From a virus (Duplodnaviria > Caudoviricetes), in IMG/VR virus record IMGVR_UViG_3300021959_006312, positions 1 to 31,283 of that record: DNA of 31,283 bases. One strand, 5' to 3'. Position numbers and translations under genes: made by a program. The notes beneath the pieces are model-generated. The model was given only the letters and a program-made list of their open reading frames with translations. It did not search any database and was not told the origin of the DNA. This document shows positions 9,000 to 18,347 of this stretch, in pieces; position 1 is the stretch's first letter, and each line of letters starts with the position of its first letter.

Positions 9000-10388
9000 T
9001 TAGCTATTATATATAATAGTTGCTTCGTTTGTTAGGTCAACGTTACCGCCGCTAACTTGCCCGTGGAAATTAATCTCTAAGGTAAGTAAGTCTTCGACAT
9101 TAATAGTAGGTACTTCCAAATGTGCAGTCGGCAAATCCAGATAAACTCTGGGGCCCGCTGAGGTTCCTCCCATTTGAAGTGTCATATCAAAAACATTTCT
9201 GATAGTAGTTGTATCCGCGACTAAGTCTGCAAATAATTTGCCTGACTTCTCTCCTGCGGTATCATTGTCTAAGTAACAAGTCATACTACCACTAATGCTT
9301 CGTGCGCCAGTAATATTAGCTAAAGGAGCGTTTACTACGCCTAATTCTTCTGGAGTGAGATAATTAATATTATTTTCTAGGGTTAAATTGCCTCCTGTAA
9401 GCACAAGATTGTAGTCTAAAGAGCCTGCTGTATTTTGCAGGGTAACTGTAGATATTCTATTCCTAATAAAATTAGTTGTTGTATTCAATCCTGTATTAAT
9501 AACCACTTCTCCAGCAGTTACTTGAGCAGCTTTTAAACTACCTAATGTGCCCCCAGAAGAGAAACTTCCGTTTTCAGCACTAGCGTAAGAAACGGTTGTG
9601 GAAGTTAGAGCAGTAATTAGGGCCCCTGCAGGAGTTTTTAAACTGCCTGAAGTAGCTGTGTTATAGCCTGCAGGATTCATGCCTTCTACATAGATTCTTT
9701 GTCCTACTCGGAAACCTGTAGTAGCTCCAACGGTCAAGGTAGCTACTGAACCATTTCCTGAGGCTCCCGTAACAGCTTGCCCAACCGGCAATACAAAACC
9801 GGGTTTAACAGTGCTTTCATCTCCCAATTGTTTTGCAAAACCACTCCAAGAGATAGTTGCAATACCATCAATATCAAAGTCCATCGAAACAGAGTTAACT
9901 ACAGAACTCTGTAGTTTGTAATATTGAATGTTAGTGCCGTCTTCGAAACCGAAATAGATATTCCAATTATCGGAGAAAGAAGAAACGTTTGAGTTGTTAA
10001 AATTAAAAGTATTCGTACCATTAGTTACAGCATTTACTGCAGGACTTGAACTAGTGCCAGAAAATACTTTAGTAGTGTTGTTGTAATCATTAGCTCCAAG
10101 CGACATAGCCCAAAGAACGTCTTCAGGTGCTCTTGTTTTAGAAGAGTCTGTGAAAGGACGCGCATAAGTACTCATAGACCACTCTACAGGAGCCAGACTA
10201 TCATTAAAAAGCAGTCGAGCTCTACGAGAGGTGGAGCCTGCTTCGTTGATTGTGATTTCCGAAGAGTTGATTGATTGGGTGAACGAAAAACCGTCTAAAA
10301 CAGATAACTGCCAGCCATTTTTATGGTAGCCGTTAGCGTCTAGAAGTTCTACGTATACGGTAGCGTTTCTTGTAAATTGTAAAGCCAT
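9000..10388 (-). CDS. Major tail tube protein, paralogue A (T5 pb6-like)
   Basis: 462 aa, same motifs as paralogue B, directly after the tail terminator, AGGAG RBS. Confidence 0.88.
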   Translation of the reverse strand: MALQFTRNATVYVELLDANGYHKNGWQLSVLDGFSFTQSINSSEITINEAGSTSRRARLLFNDSLAPVEWSMSTYARPFTDSSKTRAPEDVLWAMSLGANDYNNTTKVFSGTSSSPAVNAVTNGTNTFNFNNSNVSSFSDNWNIYFGFEDGTNIQYYKLQSSVVNSVSMDFDIDGIATISWSGFAKQLGDESTVKPGFVLPVGQAVTGASGNGSVATLTVGATTGFRVGQRIYVEGMNPAGYNTATSGSLKTPAGALITALTSTTVSYASAENGSFSSGGTLGSLKAAQVTAGEVVINTGLNTTTNFIRNRISTVTLQNTAGSLDYNLVLTGGNLTLENNINYLTPEELGVVNAPLANITGARSISGSMTCYLDNDTAGEKSGKLFADLVADTTTIRNVFDMTLQMGGTSAGPRVYLDLPTAHLEVPTINVEDLLTLEINFHGQVSGGNVDLTNEATIIYNS

Positions 10389-10441
10389 TATATTTCTCCT
10401 GAGAAAACTGTACCAGTTTCCCCTGTCCTTAACCTAAAAGG

Positions 10442-10894
10442 TTAGTATCGAACCTCGCAAATAATCTCGCCTACTGCTAAAGGTTCTAGGGCTCCTTCAT
10501 CTGTGCTCAAGCTCAAGATTGTTATCTGCTGAACACGTTGAGGTTGCCCGTCTTGGTCTGTGTAGGAAAGACTTCCATTGTCTTCCAAAACTGTTTCTAT
10601 GTCCTCGAATAACTTTTCAAGAGCAAAAATTGCATTTTCTTCTTGAACATATACCCGAAGAGTAACTGTTAGAAATCTGTCTTTATATCCTCCGCCTTGG
10701 TACTGTCTTGTTTCCGACCCGGCACTCACATGAACTGCTGGAAAGTCTTCTACTTCGTCCCAGAATTTTAATCGAGGCAGTACGTTGTTATATAGATTTG
10801 TTCTATAAGGGAAATTACCATTAATAAGCTTAAGCTTAGTTTCAAGAGCTTTTACAATAGCCATTCTTCGTGTACTATAATCTCTAGTAGCCAT
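10442..10894 (-). CDS. Tail terminator protein (T5 p142-like)
   Basis: 150 aa (FWDEVEDFPAV...STDEGALEPLAVGEI), upstream of the tail tube as in T5. Confidence 0.8.
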   Translation of the reverse strand: MATRDYSTRRMAIVKALETKLKLINGNFPYRTNLYNNVLPRLKFWDEVEDFPAVHVSAGSETRQYQGGGYKDRFLTVTLRVYVQEENAIFALEKLFEDIETVLEDNGSLSYTDQDGQPQRVQQITILSLSTDEGALEPLAVGEIICEVRY

Positions 10895-12229
10895 TTAAAC
10901 CCTCCTAGTATAGAACCTTCCCTCTATTAACTCTAGGGCTATTTCTCTTATAGATTTATCTATTAATTTTCTGGGGTCTCTGCTTGCACTCGCCCAAGGA
11001 GTCTTTCCAGAACCCTGCTCAAATATTTGGTAAGGATTTTTTTGATAGGTAAAACCTATGCTCGGAAACCCTTTCTTTGTTTGTGTTATATCCACTACTC
11101 GCGCGCTCTCAGCGAATCTTCCCGTTCTATTTTGTAGTGAAGGGGACATCATATTTTTCTTTACTCTATCAGGCAGCTTTGCATTAATTAAAACTTGTAA
11201 TGACATAAAACTAGAATAGGAAGGCTCTTTTTTTGACGCTTTGCCTTTGGTTACGCTTAACGTCCCTAGACTCGCTTCAGTTTTAGTTACCTTTGTTTTT
11301 CTCTTCTTTGTTTTGCTAACAGAACCTTTAGATAATTTAATCGGTTCTGTCTTTATTGTAGTTTTTATGTTTTTGTTTAGCTTTGTTTTTACTCTTTTCT
11401 TTAGCTTTTTTTGACGAATAACATTTCTACTATCGGATCCGGGTCTATCGTCAAAGCTTTCTGAATAATCTAGTCGTATAAGAGCTTCTTTTATCGTGTC
11501 CTGATAAAGCTTTTTTAGTGCTCTTTCTCCCCCAGACTTAGCTGCATTTACTACTCTGGAACCTAAGCCTACTACTATAGTATCGTTGTCCAACGTACCT
11601 GTTTTAGATAGAAATAACTCTAGCCCTAACTCTTTTACGTCTGCAGCGGTAAGATCACCTCCTCTAGTGTTAAAAGAGCCTCCCCTTCTACCGAACTTAT
11701 TGATAGAGTCTGTAACTTGTTGTTCCGCAACAGAATCGTGTTCTAGGTGCTCTAAGTTAAAAAACTGATTACTACTACTATCCAAATTTACGTTCTTTCC
11801 CCGAGTATTAAAAAAGTTATTCAGAGCAGCGATATATTCATTCTTTGGCTGAGTATAGAAAGACTTTACAGTATTAAAAATACTCATGTGACCAAACGGA
11901 GTCTCTAGTCCTTGATCTACTACAACTGAAAAAGCCCAGTAGTTATTCCCTTTTATGTTATCAGGGAAACTTGCTTTTGCAGCTTTAAAAGTCTCTTCTG
12001 CTATATATCCGCAACCACTTCTAATTAACTCGTCTAGCTGAGCTTTTTCTGTTTTGTTTTTAGGCACTAGAGATCCCAGTTGCTTGTAGCTATGAGACAT
12101 TAGGCCATTTACTGTCATTTTTAATGTAGTTATTTTTCTGTCGGATGTCTCTCTTCTATACTCGTCACTATTCTTGCTAAGATCTCTATCTAGCTCATTT
12201 AAGAGTTTTCTTAAAAATGCTTTACTCAT
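10895..12229 (-). CDS. Tail completion / neck protein (T5 p143-like), N-terminally enlarged
   Basis: C-terminal LQNRTGRFAES...YQKNPYQIFE...RDPRKLIDKSIREIA block and position match T5-like tail completion proteins. Confidence 0.72.
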   Translation of the reverse strand: MSKAFLRKLLNELDRDLSKNSDEYRRETSDRKITTLKMTVNGLMSHSYKQLGSLVPKNKTEKAQLDELIRSGCGYIAEETFKAAKASFPDNIKGNNYWAFSVVVDQGLETPFGHMSIFNTVKSFYTQPKNEYIAALNNFFNTRGKNVNLDSSSNQFFNLEHLEHDSVAEQQVTDSINKFGRRGGSFNTRGGDLTAADVKELGLELFLSKTGTLDNDTIVVGLGSRVVNAAKSGGERALKKLYQDTIKEALIRLDYSESFDDRPGSDSRNVIRQKKLKKRVKTKLNKNIKTTIKTEPIKLSKGSVSKTKKRKTKVTKTEASLGTLSVTKGKASKKEPSYSSFMSLQVLINAKLPDRVKKNMMSPSLQNRTGRFAESARVVDITQTKKGFPSIGFTYQKNPYQIFEQGSGKTPWASASRDPRKLIDKSIREIALELIEGRFYTRRV

Positions 12230-12837
12230 GACACTCTATACATATCTAGGACTCTACGGATATGGTCGGGAAACCCTGGATCATTTCGTATGGCGGAGCT
12301 TCCTGCACCCTCGCGAGTTGCAGAGCCAATACTCTGTCTCTCTTTCCACTCATCCTTATGATAGTATGTGACAATGTCTGCAATAGCTAACTGTAAGTCT
12401 GAAGGGATAGTTGCATAGCCAGCTAAATAAACAACTTTAACAGAACCTACTCCATGAGGCCAAGCTTTGTAAGAACCCCCTTCATGTGTTCTAAATACAG
12501 AATCTGAAAAGGCGTCTAAGTACCACGAGTACTCAGGGGGTGTTCCTCCTCCATTAGTGTATAATTGTGTATAAGCACTAGCCTGGCCCACTCTTTCATG
12601 TACACTTGTAATACTAATAACGGGGCTATACTTTAACTGAACTGTATGAGTATCCCACTGAATATCAAAATATTCTGTGTATCCTGAACCAGAGGCATAG
12701 GTATCAAACTCACTGTTACAATAAGTTCGGACAAGCTTACTTACACTCGTAATTAGCGTCTCGAACTTTTCATCGTACTGAGTAGAGTTTACCCCTTCTA
12801 GTAATTTATAATCATCTAAAGTAATTAAATCAGCCAT
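12226..12837 (-). CDS. Head completion / head-tail adaptor protein (T5 p144-like)
   Basis: MADLITLDDYK...VKVVYLAGYATIPSDLQLA...FPDHIRRVLDMYR, typical of the adaptor family. Follows the capsid gene. Confidence 0.85.
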   Translation of the reverse strand: MADLITLDDYKLLEGVNSTQYDEKFETLITSVSKLVRTYCNSEFDTYASGSGYTEYFDIQWDTHTVQLKYSPVISITSVHERVGQASAYTQLYTNGGGTPPEYSWYLDAFSDSVFRTHEGGSYKAWPHGVGSVKVVYLAGYATIPSDLQLAIADIVTYYHKDEWKERQSIGSATREGAGSSAIRNDPGFPDHIRRVLDMYRVS

Positions 12838-12846
12838 TTATTTTCC

Positions 12847-12881
12847 AAAAAAGGCTTGGGAAGCCCGAAAGCTTCCCATCC
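12847..12881 (-). terminator. Intrinsic terminator after capsid gene
   Basis: TGGGAAGC-TTTCGG-GCTTCCCA hairpin followed by AGCC and T6. Confidence 0.75.
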
Positions 12882-12892
12882 TAGATACTATC

Positions 12893-14311
12893 TTACCACT
12901 TGTGCGCAACAACTTGTCCAGCAGCAGCAAACATCTGGTCGAAACCACGACGTTGCGTAGCAACAAGAACTCGCTGTTGGTTAGCGACTTCATAGTCAGA
13001 CTCAACAGTAACACCGCGAAGTACTGGTACCAAGAAGTTACGAGCATTAACAGCAACACCCCAAACCTTGTTAGCAGTCTTTCCGCCAGTGAACTCGTCA
13101 CAAACGATGATTGGTGAGCCGTAAGCCTGACCAATTTCGCCTGAGATCTTAGTAGCGCGATCACTTCCAACGAGGTTGACGTCTTGGAATTCTGGATCAT
13201 CAAGCATATCGTAGTATGCATCCAAAGATACAATATATACTACGTCACTCGGACGACGACCATACTTACCCATTGCTTGACGCATGTTCAACAAAGCAGC
13301 AGTAGTAGCTACATAGGCACCGGCAGAAGCGCCGGAGTCAAGTACTTTGGTGTCATCAGTAGCAAGCTTGATCAAACCATTCTGGCCGCCAGCGTTTACT
13401 ACTTCAGAAGAGCCAGCTTGAAGGATTGAATGCTCAATAGCACGTGCATGTGCACGAACCATAGCTTCGCGAATCAAAGGAAGAACAGGCATAATTGCAT
13501 CTTCTTCAGTTTCGTTAGCCATAAAAGACTTAGAAACCAACTTCTCAACGGTCAATACTTTAGATCCTAAAGTAACCCCAGCATTGGCGCCGGGTGAAGC
13601 TTCATCACGTGAACCCAGGTTACCTTTAGGAGCAGCGCCTGCGCCTGTTCCAGCAGCGTTAGCGCTAAGCCATTCTGCATAACCTGAATCAGGCATAGTT
13701 GGAATAACCATTGAAGCAGCGTTCATCTGAATCTTACGGAACAGAGGGTCGAGAACAAGCTCGAGCTCAATGTCACGTTCGATAGCAGTTGAAACAGTAG
13801 TTTCAAAGTCATCACTAGCACTAGCAGGCAAACGAACACCCGCAGTATTATTAGTAGCTTTCTCTAGAATAGAACGACCAAACTTGGTACCTTCTAATCC
13901 TTTGTTAGTAACTACACCTAGAATATGCGCGTTTACCATGTCGTCTTCTGTGAAACTAGATTTTTCGCCACGGTCAGCGAATACTCGCTTACTGTCACGC
14001 ATCTTCTGAATTTCCTCAGATTTCTCAGACAATTCTTTTTCGAATTGCTTGACAACTTCCATATGGTCGGCTTCTTTCTCAGACATTTTAGCTTCAACGT
14101 CAGCCATTAATTTTTCTGTACCGCTGGAAACAGCGGTTACAATGCGAGCTTCTTCAGCAGCTTTTTGAACTTGTGCGTCTTCAGCAGCTTTTTGCTCTGC
14201 TTCCAATCGCGTTTGCTCTTCTGCTTTGCGCTCAGCGTCTTTCATTGCCATTGCAGTTGCGGTCTTTTCGACAGCAGCAGCCACAATCGCATCGATATCG
14301 ATATCACTCAT
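12893..14311 (-). CDS. Major capsid protein from internal in-frame start (472 aa)
   Basis: CAGGAGAAAACTATG gives a strong RBS at codon 213 (MSDIDID...). Confidence 0.75.
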   Translation of the reverse strand: MSDIDIDAIVAAAVEKTATAMAMKDAERKAEEQTRLEAEQKAAEDAQVQKAAEEARIVTAVSSGTEKLMADVEAKMSEKEADHMEVVKQFEKELSEKSEEIQKMRDSKRVFADRGEKSSFTEDDMVNAHILGVVTNKGLEGTKFGRSILEKATNNTAGVRLPASASDDFETTVSTAIERDIELELVLDPLFRKIQMNAASMVIPTMPDSGYAEWLSANAAGTGAGAAPKGNLGSRDEASPGANAGVTLGSKVLTVEKLVSKSFMANETEEDAIMPVLPLIREAMVRAHARAIEHSILQAGSSEVVNAGGQNGLIKLATDDTKVLDSGASAGAYVATTAALLNMRQAMGKYGRRPSDVVYIVSLDAYYDMLDDPEFQDVNLVGSDRATKISGEIGQAYGSPIIVCDEFTGGKTANKVWGVAVNARNFLVPVLRGVTVESDYEVANQQRVLVATQRRGFDQMFAAAGQVVAHKW

Positions 14312-14947
14312 AGTTTTCTCCTGTACTTCGACTTGTGATAAGTCTTTAGGCATTGACTCGGTTTCAGAATGTTTTTCAAACTCAACAGTTACTTTGTCTT
14401 CAGTTTCCTGAATATTAAGTATGTGTTTTTCTTCCACGGAATCTTCGGTTTTGAAAGATTTCTTGAATTCTTCGTACTCAGATTCTGAGTTAAAAGATTT
14501 TGCAAGAGAAAAGGTTGCAGCTTGGTTAGCAGGAACCGTTACTACTGAAACTTCCAGTAATTCTGCGTCCTTAATCTTATATCCATCGGTTTCGGTCATA
14601 TATTCCGCATCCTTGACTCGAAACCCGACTGAAAAAGCTCCAAGGACACCTTCTTTAATTAATTCACCTACGTGACCAGCAGATTTAGCAATTTTTGCTT
14701 TTAACTGCAGACCATTGTCGTTCGTACCAAGCGTAATTGCTCGGCCAATCGGCTGATTGTAGTCATGATTAAAAAGAATTACGGGATTGTTTAAGTAATT
14801 TTGAAGTCCGCCCTTTGTCCAGGCCTCAGTCTCAATTACATCTCCAACACGGTCAGTACTATTAGTACTAGCCATACCAGCGATATGAAGATCATCCCCT
14901 TCTTCAAACGCTTTAAATGTGGAGCCAATGTGAAAAATCTTATTCAC
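12893..14947 (-). CDS. Prohead protease (HK97/U35 family) fused in frame to an HK97-fold major capsid protein
   Basis: N-terminal protease motifs NPVILFNHD, GAFSVGF, ELLEVSVVTVPANQ, then a coiled-coil delta domain and the capsid domain. No stop codon between them. Confidence 0.9.
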   Translation of the reverse strand: MNKIFHIGSTFKAFEEGDDLHIAGMASTNSTDRVGDVIETEAWTKGGLQNYLNNPVILFNHDYNQPIGRAITLGTNDNGLQLKAKIAKSAGHVGELIKEGVLGAFSVGFRVKDAEYMTETDGYKIKDAELLEVSVVTVPANQAATFSLAKSFNSESEYEEFKKSFKTEDSVEEKHILNIQETEDKVTVEFEKHSETESMPKDLSQVEVQEKTMSDIDIDAIVAAAVEKTATAMAMKDAERKAEEQTRLEAEQKAAEDAQVQKAAEEARIVTAVSSGTEKLMADVEAKMSEKEADHMEVVKQFEKELSEKSEEIQKMRDSKRVFADRGEKSSFTEDDMVNAHILGVVTNKGLEGTKFGRSILEKATNNTAGVRLPASASDDFETTVSTAIERDIELELVLDPLFRKIQMNAASMVIPTMPDSGYAEWLSANAAGTGAGAAPKGNLGSRDEASPGANAGVTLGSKVLTVEKLVSKSFMANETEEDAIMPVLPLIREAMVRAHARAIEHSILQAGSSEVVNAGGQNGLIKLATDDTKVLDSGASAGAYVATTAALLNMRQAMGKYGRRPSDVVYIVSLDAYYDMLDDPEFQDVNLVGSDRATKISGEIGQAYGSPIIVCDEFTGGKTANKVWGVAVNARNFLVPVLRGVTVESDYEVANQQRVLVATQRRGFDQMFAAAGQVVAHKW

Positions 14948-15266
14948 TTGATTCTCCTTCTTTTAAAGACTTTAATTTCTCCAGAGGAGAAAGATCGTCT
15001 TCTGAAGCCGGTTCAAGAACGGGCTTTTTAACAGGCTTCGGAGCTTCAACGGGCGCAGTGCCGATTGAAGCCCAGTCTGCCGGATACATATGTTGTGCAG
15101 TTTTAAGGATAGAGTTATAACCTCTGCCCCTAAAGTATCTTGTTAGAAGTCTAGGATGGATAGGCCATACGTCTGCGCCTAGTCTATAATATTCCGTTTT
15201 TCTTAGTACTCTTCCTTGTTCGTGGAAGAAGTCAACTAAGGTCTTTAGTACTTCTGTTTTTTTCAT
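14940..15266 (-). CDS. Hypothetical protein (helical N-terminus, Pro/Lys-rich tail)
   Basis: 108 aa, coupled between the portal and protease genes. Confidence 0.7.
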   Translation of the reverse strand: MKKTEVLKTLVDFFHEQGRVLRKTEYYRLGADVWPIHPRLLTRYFRGRGYNSILKTAQHMYPADWASIGTAPVEAPKPVKKPVLEPASEDDLSPLEKLKSLKEGESSE

Positions 15267-16460
15267 TTAGTCTTCCTCTGATTCTTCGGGTCTTCCACCC
15301 TCTGATGGGTTTACTGCGGAGCCCGCAATATTCGCTGGTACTCTTATTTCTCCCGAGCCAAAAATTTCATCATAGTTTAACGCTTCTCTTGCTTCGTTGG
15401 GTGTAATAATTCCAGAGTTAACAAGAGTAGAATAGTATGCTGCGGAGTCTCTTAGTTCTGGTTGTAACGCAGGAATATTACTAATATCCGGTGTAATCTC
15501 AAAACCAAAGTATCTCTCCATAGCCTTAGTCAGTTTCTCCACAATAGGAAGAATAGTCTCTAAGTAATACATTCTATGGTTAGGACGAATGTTTGCATTG
15601 TTTCCTGAGTCAAGCATGATGGGAGGAACGCCTAATACTTTTAGTATTTCTTTTTCTGCTCCTTCGATAGAAGCTTCAAAGTCAAGCTCCCTAAAATTCA
15701 CATTTGAGATAGCATCCAATTCCATGCCACCATCTAGTACTAGAGGTCTTCTGCCTCCGCCGTCTGGGCGATATCTGGTCATCCAAGATTGAATCATCCT
15801 TTCCTTATTTTTCTCACTAATAACGGAAGGAGACTTGATCACAAGACCGGGAACAGCGCCATTCTTAAAAAAGTTATCCTGAAACTCTCTCATACGAGTA
15901 AGTTGTGACATGCTTCGTTGAGCAGCCCTTAATCTACTAGTCCCTCTGTAAATACTATGAAAAGAGTTTTCCTTAATATGGATAACTTCTTTAGTTAGAT
16001 AATCTACATTAGTTTGAAATGTATATCCCCGAACATATGTTTTCTTATCGGGCTCGATATCCATATAAGTAGCAGGGAGATGATACAGAGAAATCCCATC
16101 AAAGTATACAAAAATGTTTCCATCTAGAATATAATCGATTATGAGGTTTCGCTTAAAACTGGAAATATCTTGGAAAGGATTCGGCTCTTTGTTAAGCAAT
16201 AAGTCAACACGAGAACGTCTAACCCCTTTGGTTACCGAATTCAATCCTTGAACCGGCTCTCCTATTCTTAGAGGAATTTCAGCTGCATCATCTACAATCA
16301 TATTTACAGCGCGATTGACTACTTCTAAGTATTCATAATACGCCCTGTAATTAGTAATAATTTCTCGGGAAGCGATCGGCCCCGAGCCTTCGAGACTAAC
16401 AACAATCTCTTCTTGCGCGGGATTTAACTTTTCTTCTTGCCAGAAGTTATACCATGCCAT
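15267..16460 (-). CDS. Portal protein (HK97 family, T5 pb7-like)
   Basis: 397 aa. Motifs LLNKEPNPFQ, FFKNGAVPG, LVLDGGMEL, ILKVLGVPP, GIITPNEAR. Confidence 0.93.
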   Translation of the reverse strand: MAWYNFWQEEKLNPAQEEIVVSLEGSGPIASREIITNYRAYYEYLEVVNRAVNMIVDDAAEIPLRIGEPVQGLNSVTKGVRRSRVDLLLNKEPNPFQDISSFKRNLIIDYILDGNIFVYFDGISLYHLPATYMDIEPDKKTYVRGYTFQTNVDYLTKEVIHIKENSFHSIYRGTSRLRAAQRSMSQLTRMREFQDNFFKNGAVPGLVIKSPSVISEKNKERMIQSWMTRYRPDGGGRRPLVLDGGMELDAISNVNFRELDFEASIEGAEKEILKVLGVPPIMLDSGNNANIRPNHRMYYLETILPIVEKLTKAMERYFGFEITPDISNIPALQPELRDSAAYYSTLVNSGIITPNEAREALNYDEIFGSGEIRVPANIAGSAVNPSEGGRPEESEED

Positions 16461-16833
16461 GTTGTTTTTCTCTTTGTATTTCTACCCAGCGCATTTGCTT
16501 TTTGGCCGTATGAAGTGGTGGATTACGGCCGTAAATGCTATGAAGCTTGAGGTGATGATCATGGCAAAGAGTGACTGTATCATTATACAGCTCTTGCCAA
16601 TTATCGTCTATAAACTCGTCTCTCCAAATAATCAGATACTCATCTGTATAGTGTTCGGGACGAAGTTGTTGTTTCTCTTTAATCCATTTATGGTACAATG
16701 GAGCTAAAGTAAAGTAATGGTGAAAATCTAATTTAATCTTGACTCCGCAAATCTCGCAAGAGGAGGCTTTTTCATACTTAGCTTTTGCTTTATCCCTAAT
16801 GTATTTTATCGGATCTCTTTTTAGCTCTACCAT
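16447..16833 (-). CDS. HNH endonuclease (packaging-associated / nicking)
   Basis: CEICG...LDFHH...TVTLCHDHHLKLH, located between TerL and portal as in T5. Confidence 0.85.
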   Translation of the reverse strand: MVELKRDPIKYIRDKAKAKYEKASSCEICGVKIKLDFHHYFTLAPLYHKWIKEKQQLRPEHYTDEYLIIWRDEFIDDNWQELYNDTVTLCHDHHLKLHSIYGRNPPLHTAKKQMRWVEIQREKQHGMV

Positions 16834-16841
16834 TTTTATAA

Positions 16842-16870
16842 ATTATATATTCGGGTTAGTTGAAAGTCAA
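16842..16870 (-). promoter_or_regulatory. Sigma70 promoter, near-leaderless transcript
   Basis: TTGACT-17-TATAAT with an A-tract UP element. The ATG lies 8 nt after the -10. Confidence 0.8.
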
Positions 16871-16890
16871 GAATTATTTTTTCGTTACGT

Positions 16891-18171
16891 TTAAAATGTT
16901 GGCGCGTTCTCTTCAAAACTATAAAGTGCGTATCTCAATGCATCCGCCATATGAGAAGAAGAGTCATGTACCGGCTTCTCACGTATTAAGTTAGGGTTTG
17001 GATCCCACCTGTACTGGTCAAGACTACGAAGAACCTCTGTACAGCTTTGATCTACTATTAAGCGACCATTGTCAACAAGACTAGCTACATGCCCTATTCC
17101 ATCTACCACAGATTTTTTAGCGTTTATAGTAGAAATATCGTACTGCTGCGCAAAGTCAAATCTTGTCTGAGCCGCCGCAGCATCAATAAAGCAGTAATCT
17201 ACTTCTCTTCTATCAATAATTTCAGCTAAGAAACCTGCATGTTCTTCTGTTGTTCTCTCTGCGGCATAATACTCTTCCATTAAATAGTATTTATCCCCGT
17301 CATAAGCTAAACAGCAAAAAGCGGTTGGATCTTTAAAACCTACGTCAAGTCCTGAGATAATATCACAACCTGTAAAATCTTTTTCTGATAAGTCAGCTAT
17401 ACAGTTATCGTAATCAAAGTTCCATACTTGCCCTTCGAAGATATTAAAGTCTGCTTCATATTCTTGGGAGAACTCTGCTTGACTCATAGAACGACGAGCT
17501 TCTGCAATATCAGATTCCGATGCTCGAGGATTATCTTGCCAAGTTGCTTTTATACTTACCCACTCATCAAATTCATCAGTAAAGCCACGATTATAAAAAC
17601 GACTAAACCAATTATTCCTTCCGCGAGGAGTACTAATAAATAAAGCTTTAGACCCCGGCTTGTCAAGAGTAGGTCTGATGGCAACATTGAAGGCAGTTTC
17701 TCCATCTGCCAATGCCGCTTCATCGAAGAGAACAAAGTCATAGCTTCTTCCTACAACGGAATCAATTTGATTCACGGAACCGAGTCTAATTGTAGACCCA
17801 TTAGTGAGTTCAATTACTCTATCTTTTGCGTTATCTCTCGCTACTTCCAGGTCAAAATGTTTTATAAGATTTCTTTGGAGATCAAAAGAAATGTTACTAA
17901 GGTTGTAATTAGGAGACACAATAAGTACATGGCATCCCGGTACGAGGGCGACACACTGGGCAATAATGTTACCAATATATGTTTTTCCTTGCCGCCTACT
18001 AAGAGCACCAACAATAAAGCGATACTTATCATTATTAATAGCATTGATTAAAGCCCTCTGTGAAGGTATAGCCTCTATACCTAATAGTTCTAAATAACTT
18101 TCAATAGGGACTTTTAAAAAGCTCCCTTTTATTATACTTTCTTGGTAGATGTCTCTTCGACTGACTTCCAT
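16891..18171 (-). CDS. terL: Terminase large subunit
   Basis: Walker A SRRQGKT, Walker B FVLFDEAA, coupling motif ISTPRG, RNase H-like GLDVGFKD and HMADALRY. Start moved to MEVSRR at 18171. Confidence 0.95.
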   Translation of the reverse strand: MEVSRRDIYQESIIKGSFLKVPIESYLELLGIEAIPSQRALINAINNDKYRFIVGALSRRQGKTYIGNIIAQCVALVPGCHVLIVSPNYNLSNISFDLQRNLIKHFDLEVARDNAKDRVIELTNGSTIRLGSVNQIDSVVGRSYDFVLFDEAALADGETAFNVAIRPTLDKPGSKALFISTPRGRNNWFSRFYNRGFTDEFDEWVSIKATWQDNPRASESDIAEARRSMSQAEFSQEYEADFNIFEGQVWNFDYDNCIADLSEKDFTGCDIISGLDVGFKDPTAFCCLAYDGDKYYLMEEYYAAERTTEEHAGFLAEIIDRREVDYCFIDAAAAQTRFDFAQQYDISTINAKKSVVDGIGHVASLVDNGRLIVDQSCTEVLRSLDQYRWDPNPNLIREKPVHDSSSHMADALRYALYSFEENAPTF

Positions 18172-18347
18172 TCTGCCCCGCACTCGCATGGATCGCATGC
18201 ACATTCATTACAAGGAGCTCTCTTTTCAAAAGGAGCTTCTTTTATTACAGTCTGTTTTATTCCTGCAGCAGCTTTTGCCTCTTCTTCAGTAGAGTACTTG
18301 GCAGCACTTCCCGCAATTTTCCACATACTTCCTTTTTTAAAAATCAT
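18132..18347 (-). CDS. Small protein with Cys cluster (CNECACDPCEC)
   Basis: 71 aa from MIFKKG. ATGA overlap with the upstream stop and an AAGGA RBS. Confidence 0.65.
   Translation of the reverse strand: MIFKKGSMWKIAGSAAKYSTEEEAKAAAGIKQTVIKEAPFEKRAPCNECACDPCECGAEWKSVEETSTKKV

Noticed and set aside
12838-13233. 131-aa alternative-frame ORF within the capsid gene, as a frameshift extension
   Set aside because: It runs through the terminator hairpin, no slippery site was identified and its composition is not protein-like.
16447-16833. HNH as a mobile homing endonuclease or intron
   Set aside because: Free-standing, at the conserved terL-portal position, and the neighbouring genes are uninterrupted.
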